Shown: positions 24,801 through 36,800 of the stretch, in pieces | Position numbering within the stretch: the first letter of the stretch is position 1 | Layout of the letters: each line of letters begins with the position of its first letter | Assembly (NCBI GenBank): GCA_051294905.1 | Contig: CM119386.1 | Span: 10,478,001 to 10,542,000, forward strand | Direction: 5' to 3' | Source of the DNA: Botryllus schlosseri | Taxonomy: Eukaryota | Length of the DNA stretch: 64,000 bases | The notes under the pieces: generated by a model | What the model saw: the letters and a program-made list of their open reading frames with translations, nothing else | Told to the model about the DNA's origin: nothing | Database searches by the model: none | Position numbers and translations under genes: made by a program

Positions 24801-27800
24801 AACTTATTCCTTCAGTTTGTCCAAGACAAACCAGCTGGTGTAATTATCTTGATCACTATAAGGTTTTTGATTCTTAACAGCTCCAAAACATCTCAATATT
24901 TGTAACTTTTATTCGTTTTTATTCTTCATAGATATCCTTAATCCATTTATCACTGCTTCCATCAGGGGACCACCTTGGATGTCCGAATGGCTGGCACGGT
25001 TGGCTTGACTGGTGCTACTACACCCCACGACACTCCAACAATTTGAACTGGGCGGATTCCAGGGCATTCTGTCAAACCCAGGGAGGTGATCTTGCCAGTA
25101 TTGGCAGTCAGGCGGAACAGGACTTTGTGTCAACCTTATTGTTCTATCAATGTGAGTTACGTTCGCATATCAACCGTAAAATGTATATAACTAATCAGCA
25201 TCACTCGTTTACGTTACATAGTTAGGCTTTTAATGAATATGAATTGGTGGGAATTGGGTATTAGTATGGCAGATTAATTTTAGTTATTGTTGGCCTATGC
25301 CTGGAATTCCTGTTCTCATGGCCGAGTCATGCAGATGAAGCTGATAGTTCACTGCGCTGGATTTCGGTGACCGATTCCATCCCTGGATTATGCTGTTCGT
25401 CCTCTTTAATCCCTGAAATAGTTAGATAGGACTTGGCATGTTTTGTTGTCATTAAAATGATTTTGAATATTCCTGCTCAGCCCTGCATGGGCTCCTTTTT
25501 TCCCCAAGCGACAAACTGCAACTGAAAACTTCACCAACTGACTTGCTTAGATACTATCAGTGAAGCTTGGATCGGAATGAGTGATCTCGAGGAGCAAAAT
25601 TACTACAAATGGTCTGATGGCACCGAAGTGACTTTCACTGCGTGGGACGTATATGAACCAAATGGGCAAGACGAAAGATGTGTAGAATTATATAAGGCAA
25701 CGTAAGTTATGTCTGCCGTATGCAACTGTAATATTCAGTCAAAGTTGAAATATTTTATCGTACCCAACTAAACACATGGATATCAGGGTATGGTGTGACC
25801 TTAATGTAATACGGACTTTTATCAATGTACATGGTGCTTTAAACTCATAGCTTCTGCATATTAGTGCAGTGACAGACTGGTGTTCAGCAACATATAATAG
25901 GTTTTTTATAACAGTGGACAGTCTGCAACATAGAAGAAAATAATAAACACAAATATGTAGCAAAGACGGTAGCCATGGTAACGTATGAAAACAATAAATA
26001 GATATATCATATATAAATTATCGGGTACAGACTCTCAGTTCTTATTGTAATATGCAAAAAGGATATCCAGGTATTGGCTCTTGAATTCGTGGTGAGGCAG
26101 TTTTTTGAAATTGTCGGGTACGCTATTCCAAATAATTGGGTCCACATATTCAATAGACTGTTGGGTGAGTCCAAAGTTCATGCGGTGAACATACAGATTT
26201 CCAGATTCTGATGATCTAGTAGAATATCCATGCACAGTACAAGATTGCTCAAACAAGGTATTAAAGTATGGGATATATTGCCGTTTGTAAATTTATGCAT
26301 CAGGTTTGCTACTTCGTAATTATACAAATCGGGTAGTTTAAGTATCCTAAGAGTTGAATAACCAGGAGTAGCAGATGACCTAGAATCTATGCCACATATA
26401 TTTCTTACGGCTCGATTTTGAATGAAACAGATTCTGTTTAAATCTGTTTGAGTCGTCATATACTTGTTTTAGTGCCTTTCTCACCACTTCCCTTGACCCA
26501 TTTGAACTTATTACCTCAAGCATGCCAGGCTATAAGCTAAATTGGGAACCCATTTCACGGTGCTACTGCACAATATTGTGCTTAACTAAAGCAATCTTCT
26601 ACTCATCTATTATGTGTTATTTCACGTTTCAGCGGTCGATGGAATGACCAACCTTGCTCGACTCTCGTAAACCTTGTGTGTAAGATGGATAAATATCCGG
26701 TAAATCAAGAACAGGAGGTTATCGAAGGATGCGAGACGGGCTGGATCGCTTTCGAAGGGTCTTGCTATTTCATCGATTTGACGAGAGTGGTTTGGATCAA
26801 CGCTGAAGATTATTGCAAGTAGGAGTTTGTCTGATAAATTGTGCGTCATCTTGTATTTTGGGTATTTTATCGCCTACATTCTCGTTTTCGCTTACTTAGA
26901 CAAAACGTCACAATAGTATGAGATAATAATAGAGAACTGGTGAACTGTTATCAAGGTTCGCATGTTGGTTTGCAATGGCTTTCGTCTGAACGCAATGGAA
27001 TCCGTCGTTCATGTCTTATCGAAGTGAATTTGTATGCAAACCTGACACAACAATTGTATTACCTCAACGTTTCAGCGACATTGCGCGATGTAGCTAGTTT
27101 TTGTGAGTCAAACCTTCATTTCATGGCTTGCCAGCTAGCTATTCCGTGGACATATGAGCTTGAACCCACTCACGAATGTGGGTTAAAGTTCGCTTCAGGG
27201 TTGGGTTTGGGCAGTGGTTCTCAACCGTGGTGCCGATTGCACTGCTGAGGGGTGCCATGAGAAAATGAGGTGAAGAGGTTTGGCGCCAAGATATTACAAG
27301 AATAAGGAAAATCTATTTATGTGTAGCATTTAGGAAGCTGATGACTACAACAGAGGTCCTCACTGGCAATGAGGCTGCAATATTGAAGGAGCAGTGCACT
27401 TTAAAAATGACATGGTCTCAAAAAAAATTTGAAGTGGGAATTTTTTTTGTCAATAGCCATTTTATCAGAAAATCGCTGTATTTTAAAATGTTTTCACAAG
27501 TGATCCGATTGTATTCCCTCAATCTTCATCATTGAGGTCACATGTCATTGCTTCTTAACTATTACGGTACCACAAGACCACCGTTGTTCATAAGACACAG
27601 TTCCTTCAAAAATATCAGCTGATATCTGTATCTGAAATCTCCTGCTTGATCACTTCTAAAACGTGCAAATGTGAGGTAATGTTTCATGACGTTTCACACC
27701 TTCAACTTGAATTTGAGGCCACAAGTATTTAGAGCAGGGGTGGGCAAACTACGGCCCGCGGGCCGCATGCGGCCCGCAACACCGTTCTGTGCGGCCCGCG

Positions 27801-30800
27801 AGAGTCTAAAGAAACTTATTGAAAATATTGATAAAATGCGTACTAAAAATCGATTAAACTTTCTACTTAGTATATCTCACTATGATAATTCTAAGACAGT
27901 GGTGCTCAAACCGAGAGGCGTGCCCCCTTGGAGGCGTGAAAGCATCTGAAGGGGGCGCTCTGCTCAGCCCAGCTGAAAAAATACACTTCGTAGTTATTCC
28001 TCTGTATTTAGTATGAATTTCATATTTGAAAATCTCTCATCCACAGTCGTAAATTTCCATGCCATCATACCATCAAACTATCCGTTAGGTTTGCTAGCAT
28101 CCTGATTGCGTCTTGTGATATGACAATATGGGGGACGTGAAATATTTCCCAATTATAAGGGGGGAGGGGGCGAATCTAAAAAAGTATGGGGACCACTGTT
28201 CTGAGGTAAATACTTCCTGTATATTATTTTCTATGTTTAATTTCTGGCCCACGCAGTCTCAAAGGTTTCAACTGCTCAACATCAAAGAAATCCTATTGAC
28301 ATGATTCGGATCACGAGTGGGATTTCAGATTGGCCACTCCAGTTTTAATTATTTTAATGATGTGCATATAAAACACGATTGACGCGCCTCTTAGGTAGAT
28401 CCGTTCTCTGTATTGTCTGTAGAATTGAGATATTTATATTTTATCTACACATAGTAAAAGTGTGTTTGAAGCTAACATGGTCATGATGCTGTCAGCATTG
28501 TGTGTCCTGGAATGAACCAAAAGTGGAATTAGTAAATCTATGAACAGATCGCTGCTCGCGGATTTAAATTTCAATCCTGGTCTAAGAATCGGGACAACCA
28601 ACTTTCATCACTATAGTTTTGACAAATGGGTTACTGAGGCCGACCAGCCTATGAAATCTCGCCGTTATGTTTCTGACGCGTGTACGATATCACCAAAAAA
28701 TGTTTGGTTTGTTTCAAATAAGCACATATATTGTCTCCAAATCCAAATTTTATATAGTGCGGCCCGCGAATGGATTTAGATGTTGAATGCGGCCCGCGAG
28801 CTCAAAAGTTTGCCCACCCCTGATTTAGAGCGAAGCGCCTCTATTATACTTGGTCTAAAGTAATGACATTCAGTCACCACTATCATAATCTGTGGTAGAA
28901 TGCAGGCTGATGACCATTTTCAGTCATCATATTCCTGAATCTTGCATTCAGTGTGCCTGTAGTGTTAGGGTGCTGCCAACCATTTTCCCCTGACAGAGGA
29001 TGCCGCGAGGTTAACAAGGAACCGCTCGGTGTACAAGGAACTATTCCGTTTTAGAAATGTTAATTTTGTGGTTATGATTACGCTTGGGAGAAGTTTTGTG
29101 TTTATAAAGTCACCTGCTGAAGTTTGAATATCGTTTTGCATTGGGTTGCTTGCTGAAATGCCAGTCGATCACACCATTGAATTTTCCGATTAATGATTTG
29201 GTATTGTATGGAGTATTTGCAAACATGAGCAAGGCAACCCCTTCGAAACAAATTTTATGGAAAACTTTCTTCTGTATGCCCTTGCCATATATATGCTTCT
29301 GATGTCTTTGGTCATTTTTACAGGGGAGTCGGTGGTCACCTGGCCGCAATCAACACGATCTACGAGCAGATGTTTTTACTGAGTCAAATTGCGGAAGCCA
29401 CCCACTCTTCGGACGACGAGAAATTCTGGATCGGACTCGGGGCTTACATCAACCCCAACAGCGACGCACTGGACTACAAGTGGTCTACCGGCGAACCTGT
29501 TACGTTTACGGCATGGGATCAAAATCAGCCGAGTGAGACATTCTCTATAGCTGGCTGAAGAACGTGGCTGATAATGGTGGTATTAAAATCTCTTTTCACA
29601 GACATCCAACACACTTGCTCATTCCCTTTCCTTTACAACGGAATCGAATATTACAGTTGCATTGAAGAAGGAAGAATTTATGATCGATTTGGTAGGTTAT
29701 GTGACAGCTTCGGTTTTACTAATGCTTTGTATGTTGCAGTAATTCCATATAGGGACTGTCGTCGTAGCGAGTCAATCAAGGTAGAAGGTGTCGAAGCATA
29801 CAACTGTCACTATCCATCCCTAACCTATCCAGACCACTCTTTTAACTATACCCTTAACTAACCCTAATCACAATCTAACTTCTAGTCTTGTGGTTTTCAA
29901 ACTATTTTGTCTCATAACCCCTTATCAAGCTCAATATTTTTTACCCTAGAATTAACGTTGTCTCCAAGGAGTGAAGTCAGCCACTTTTAGATCCTCAGCA
30001 GTCTATGCTAATGAAACCTATTCTGGATGCCTCGCTATTATTATACTCTCTATTTTGACACTGTGCTAATGGGAATGACTCATTATTTTGGACCAATCGA
30101 TATTGTCAGAGTGTTTACAGGCTTTTACGGCTGTTGCAATTATATGCATTGCTGGCCAAAGTCTAAGTCGCCGAATTAGAGCTAATTTGAGTAGTCCGCT
30201 TCCGTACGCATAGAATAGACCGCATCTAGCTTTTCTCATTCAAAACTGCCTTGTGACAGGACCTTGGTGCTCCGCCGAACCCGTCTTCAACAACCATTTT
30301 GTCTTGTGCAACGGATGGTCCGACAGTCAAGTAGGTTGTTTCAGAATGGACAGTGTCACAGGACTGTGGTCGCAAGGGCAGCCAGTTGCCTGTGGATCTG
30401 ATGCTTACAAGTATGTGTGTGAATTCTTTCGTACCCGGGTCATTTTAATTTGCAAATCAAGATTAAAATTCTTCAGGCTTCCGACTGTTTTTCGCTAGTT
30501 TGATTAATCTGCCCGGATTAGAATAATATAATCCCAATCAGACATGGGGTAATCGCGATTAGTAATCGTAATCGATTACGACGATTACAGCATTTTCAAG
30601 TAATCGTAATCGCAATCGATTACATTCGGAAAAATTCCGAAGTAATCGTAATCGACTACTTCCCATTTCTGATCGATTTCTTTGTGAAAGAACGATTACT
30701 TTTATTTGTACAAGGAATATGACATAAACTGAACATTCGTGAGCAAGGAAGATGTATTATACAAGGTTCAAACGTCTGATTTTTAAATGTCATTGCTCAT

Positions 30801-33800
30801 TATTATGTTAGAAGTAGCCTATTAGCTTTGCTAGTCATTGTGTAAGAAGTATCCACTGTAAATAGATATTCTATGTACGTGACGTACATTCGTGTGATTG
30901 TAAGAACACCCGCTGGCTGTATATCAGGTTATCAACACGTTCCACACGCCAGTACCCCGCAGCAGGATAATTAATCACCACTCTACCTAGTAACTTGTGT
31001 ATTGATGTTTGGTTATGCAAACGCAGTTTGACCGTTGCTGCTTGGCGAGCAGTAGGCCTATGTAGTACGAACGTACACCGGACAGAGATTTGAAATTTTG
31101 TACTCGTTAAATAAAACATTACGGTTTCCACAACGACGCAATATAAATCAACAGCTGCTGATATATATCATAACCGAACCGTTTTTGCCGTTTCTCGTAG
31201 CGGCAGCTTGCAGTACATTATCTATATTAAGTTGAAGGAAGAATTTTATGTTCTGCTCATATGACTCTACTTGAAACATGCGCCAATCGCTATTTCATAA
31301 TTCTTTACTCAACATTGGGACCTGCCGCCATAGCCATGGGCTTATATATCATGTTAGCGTGAGTTGTAGCTAGAATCAGGACCAAAACAGCTATTCGTCC
31401 CCCAGTCCAAACGTTGGTCTTTGGCCCCATAGGGTGATAATTTCAAGTTGAAGACTGAATTTCGTCAATAATATTGGTAATCGCATTACATTATTATTAA
31501 TTTTTAATCCTCGGTCTCTCTCTCTGCCACCGATGGTCAGATTTACCTGTAGAGCTGGGGGCACGTAATTCATAATTATAACGTATTTTATCTTGTTATA
31601 ATAACTTAGTGTATGTTGGTAATTCGTGACTTCCGGTCTGTTATATAATCAAAAGATATTGTTGTATCCCTAACGTAGCAGACTAAAAGAAAAGCTTTCG
31701 TGAGACGCACACACAAATTATCATGTCTTTAATGCTCTGTGGGTGTCCGGGTGGCATTTGCATTGTTGGCTCGGATTGGAAGGACCGGACCATTAGTCAC
31801 GCCCACCCAGCGCGGCTATTGACAATGGACACATACCCCAAGTTTCGGCCAAGGTCTTTCTTTAGTAGCACACTTCGTGAAGTCGAGTGTTGGTCGAAAT
31901 TGCATATGTCTTTTGGTGTGTCGAGGCACGGTATTGACTGGAACCTATATGCCTATTGCTATAAATTAGGGTTGCATTTAAAACAAAAATAGGGTGGCGT
32001 GATAGCGCAGTGGTATAATCCGCGGCTGCAACACCAATGGGTGCGGGTTCGAGTCCGACCGAGGTTGACTTCCGAATTCCGACACCTAAGTGTTGGAGGT
32101 TTACCTAGGCTCCTCCTCGCTACCTCATCCGCGTCAGCGGTGTCTTACAAAAAGCCTAGAAGTGGGCCGTGCTCTAAGTCGGCAGTTACGGAAAATAAGA
32201 ATAATATCGGCCTGGTGTAAATGACCATAGTAGTCGACAAACACCATGAATACCCCAAAACAAACAAACAAAACAAAACTAAATTTAAAGCGACCATGTT
32301 TACAACAAGGCCCTTGTTTAAAACATGTTTTTTTTTTTTAAGCCATGACGTCACGAATGTGGATTGACATTGACAATTGAAAATATAGGGTAAATATAGC
32401 TCCTTTGACAAAATATCTGTACTATAACTGTTGAACCGACTATTTTGAGGGGTTCCAACCATCCCATATCGATGTACGTCGGCTAAATCGGGTGGTAATT
32501 GTGGAAAACATTTACACAATTATGGCATAATTTTACAACTTTAAAAAAGTTTTTGTTTTTAAGCCTTTGTTTAAAACACTGTTTAAAACATGTTTTAAAC
32601 AATATGTTTTAAACAACCATTTGTTTTAAATACAAGCCTACTGTAAATTATGTATGCTTTTTTTGTTGAGGGGGAGAGGTATGCATTTCAAAATCAAGCT
32701 TATCTAGAGAGGATTTCCAATTTAATTAAATCTCTCGAGAATACTCTATAATTTATGTTGGTTTACGAAATACTCTTGAGTCCCCTTCGAGCTCGCTCCC
32801 CACCCTATTGGGAAATTTGGGGTGCGGCAGTCATGGACCTGGCAAGAATGCAAATTGTTGGGTGCGATAAATCGTCCTGTATAAAAAGAGGCAATGGGTA
32901 TATGATGACGTAACAAGCAAATGACGCATCTTTTTTAAAGGAAGTTTGTTATCTCATTAGGCCTTTTCAGCGCAATCCAAATATTGTCTTCCAACATAAC
33001 TTCTAAAATGCAAAATAAATGTAATCGTGAGTAATCGTGATTACTTTTCCAATGTAATCGTAATCGACTACTTCCTGATTTTGCGGTAATCGTAATCGCG
33101 TCATTCTGAAGTAATCGTAATCGCAATCGATTACATTCATGAAGTAATCACCCCATGTCTGATCCCAATCCGTCTTTTCAATGGTGCTATGTAATAAAGG
33201 TTGTTGGAATTTTTTATGTCTCATTATTATCTGCATCTTCCAAAATCGGTAATGATATTTGTTCGGTGTGGAGGTTGATTATGTTGTTGCGATCATGACC
33301 ATCGAAAACTTGAAGTGTAAGGCCTGCTCTCTTAATATTTAAGCTGCTTTGCAGTTATTCACAAGTAATGAATGAACGGACGCTTTTTCTATAATCATCT
33401 ACCGAGCTTAATCTTTTCGAAAGGATTTGCGAAAAGCCCCGTGTCGGCTACACGAATGCCCCGCTACCTACAACAGCCTCGCCGAATGGCGACTGTCCGT
33501 ATGGTTGGGACGGAGAGACGAAGTCAAGCTATTGCTATCAGGTACATACGCTATTTCTCAAAGGCAGTAAAGTAATTAACTGACTCGGACTCGACCCTTT
33601 GCTCGCTGACTTGGACTCGGACTTGAATCGGTAGTGAATTGAAAATGAATCGACTGGACTCGAGTCAAAACTATAAAATTATGGCTAACACCACGTCGTA
33701 ATTTTCGTTATAGATTAACGAAGTGCCTGCTACCTCTCGGCTCAGTTGGGCCGACGCTGACATATACTGCAAATCGCAAGGCGCAGAATTAGCAAGCATG

Positions 33801-36800
33801 CACAGCTATCAGGAGGAAGAGATCATTGCTTCAAAAGTGAAGTGAGTACCCGAATGCCGCAACGGAATATCGTAGCATCTCATTCTTGCGACGATTTTTC
33901 AGGCACACAAGCGGAAACGACTACTTCTGGATTGGCTTGAAGGGTGTGGACGGTAGCACATATAGCTGGTCGGACGGGTCTCCTCTTACATATACAAACT
34001 GGGTGAGACATTTCGGTCGGCTTAAAGCTGAATACAACATCGAATTGCCTGACCTATACAACCTCGGACTTTTGTTTCATGTATAACTGGTCTCTGTTAT
34101 TCGGCGAATCAATTTCATTCAACAATTGCTAATTTACCGTTATGAAGTTTGCGTTTGTTTATTTTAAATGCTCCTACCAGGTTTTCTATGCCAATTATTT
34201 TAATTTAATCTGGCAACAACCCCAGTCTTGCTGTTTTCCAGGCATAATTATTCTGTTTTTCTTTGCATTTATAATTTTGAAACTCATGAGTTTTAAATTG
34301 GGCTCTCCAAGTGTTATTGTTCTTTCTAATAGAAGCAGTGGATTGAAATGATATTTCAAATTTTTCAAAACTATTCCAATATTGCTGTAGCCTACTGCAT
34401 GGTAAACGTGGAATCCCGTGCTTGAGATTAGATTTTTCCACATCAGGGGAGAGTGAAGTTTGTATGTCTCGATCTATTGCGATCGTGTCTCATGCCATTT
34501 TATGCTCTGCAGAAAACGAGTGAGCCTAACAACCACAACGGCTTGGAGAATTGCGCGGAAGCGAATTTCCCGGATGGCAGCGCTGGCTGGAACGATATGA
34601 ACTGTGATTCCGTCCAGAATTGGATTTGTAAAATATTACGAGGCGAGTTCTATTTGAGTAATTCTGACTGTCGCAATTGTTTTCTCAGCCCGGCACGTTC
34701 GTTCATGAGTATATATCGATTGACATGATCCGTTGGGCTGACATTAATTAGACTTGCACTAAAAGTCATGCTTATTATGTGTTCAAACATCCATTAATTA
34801 CTTGAAAAGGAATACCCACAATACAGAATGAGAGGGGACATGATCAAGCATTTGGAGACTGGATATCTCCAGATGAATATAGTCAATGTGCCCAACTGTG
34901 TATTTCGGATAATTAAAGGCAGTCGATCAAGATATTCTCTGCTCACGTCCTCTTGGACTTGAAAATATGGAGGCTCCGCACAGTATCAACCCGGCAAGGA
35001 AGCAAATATTTTCAGGAATATATAGGCTTTTTAAAAGCTTTGCCTTGAATGAGCTCACATTGTCAGGCGTTAGCTGCTGATTCGGACAGAGGCAGAGATG
35101 AATAGATTAAAAAATATTTTCTCCTCCAACAGGAACCACTCTGTTACCACCGGTGACGCCACCAGCTCCCCAACCAGGTAAGCACTTAAATTATGATTTT
35201 CAATAATTTTCATGACCTGATGTTTTGATAAAAGCTTACGAATGTGGAACTGACTCGCAATGGTTTGCTTACACGCCAGGAGGCCAACAGAAATACTGCT
35301 ACTCTTTCTCTACGGAATTGGTTGGCTATTACACCGCCAGTCAGAAGTGTAAAGAATTAGGCGGCGATCTGCTGTCGATACATTCTCAAGACGAGCAGGC
35401 CTTTTTGATCGGATTGGTGAGTTAATTTGTTAGAATGAGCTGTGTATGTTCAGTTGATGGATTTTCTACTTACGTTCAGAAAAAATTGACAGTTCAGTGA
35501 AATTTCAGAAAAGTAAAATATATTACCTCAGAATATATATGTTGAAAATCAATCATTGCTTTTTGTTATTGGAGTTGCCTTCCTCACGGCTGTGGAGTTG
35601 ATACACTTGGCCACCGGCTCACTCCAGACATTTTCAATATACCGGTACCTATTTAGACTCCGAATATTGCCTTCATAGAATTTCAATGTCAGTGTAAATC
35701 TATGTGACAATTATACGCTTGTTACGTTTGCGGTTATCATTCTTATGAAGCATATCGACCTATTTTATTTTATTTTGAAAATGTAAAATGGGCTGCCATA
35801 ACTAAATTGAGCTTGTGAAAGACCTCCTACGTGAAAAACTTCATCAGCTCTGTAACTGCACCGATTTTTCGTAACATAGAACATTTTGTCCGGTCATGTC
35901 GGAGCATTTTATCAAATTTGACTCCAACCAGTGTGCGTTTTCCAGATTCTGACTTTAGCGAGAGTAAATTCAACGAAACTCCGATTCCACAGCCCGGGCT
36001 ACCCTCATTATTTTATTTTTGATTGTGTGGTCGAGTCGCCCTTGTTGGATTGCAACTTTCAAATGCAAAGCACAATTCGTTTGCTATTAGACCTCGAAGA
36101 TTGACCAAGCGTCATTCTGGATTGGTCTCGTACAAAATGGACTCAACGGCTATTATGAGTGGGTCGACGGAACTGTGCTGATATTCACCAATTGGTATCT
36201 TGGTGAACCCAACGATTATAACGGACAGGAGTCGTGCGTGCAAATGAATAATCTTTTGGGTAAGATCTAATTTGTATCGCATGAAAGGTGTAGTCCAATG
36301 GTGATTTATCCCAAGATAGATAGACAGACAGATACAAACCGTAGCCAATTACATACACATATGTATTAAACCCATGAATATACACATACACATATAGAGC
36401 AACCATTTTGACTAAATATTCCAAGAACACAATCTAATATTTCGTTTAGGATATGAGTAAAAATGGATCAGACGTAATTTCAGGAATTGTAGCACGTCTG
36501 CGGTAACGGAATCTAACCAGAAATTTGCCATAATACTAGATTGGACAGAATATACTTATGAAAAAATAAGAATACCACTGCATGGGTATAGGAGAATATT
36601 CATCGTTAGCATTACATATTTTATACAGTAAGTCTATACAGTGTACATACATACCAACGTTTATGATATGATATAATATATATATATATCATAAGCGCGT
36701 CCGTGGATTAAAAGATAGGTTGTAATCAACAAAGATACTTGTCTAGTAGATATATTTTGTCAGAATGTCAGAATCAAATTTTCTCAGTTCTACAGTTTTC

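Larger units (their letters stand above)
30539..33161. mobile_element. hAT-type element with GTAATCGTAATC arrays, hosting nested elements
   Basis: TIR CAGACATGGGG / CCCCATGTCTG with an exact TSD ATCCCAAT. Confidence 0.9.

Noticed and set aside
31992-32065. tRNA-like sequences at 31992, 14226 and 52310
   Set aside because: The acceptor stems are imperfect and they continue into conserved SINE bodies and tails, so they are SINE heads rather than tRNA genes.
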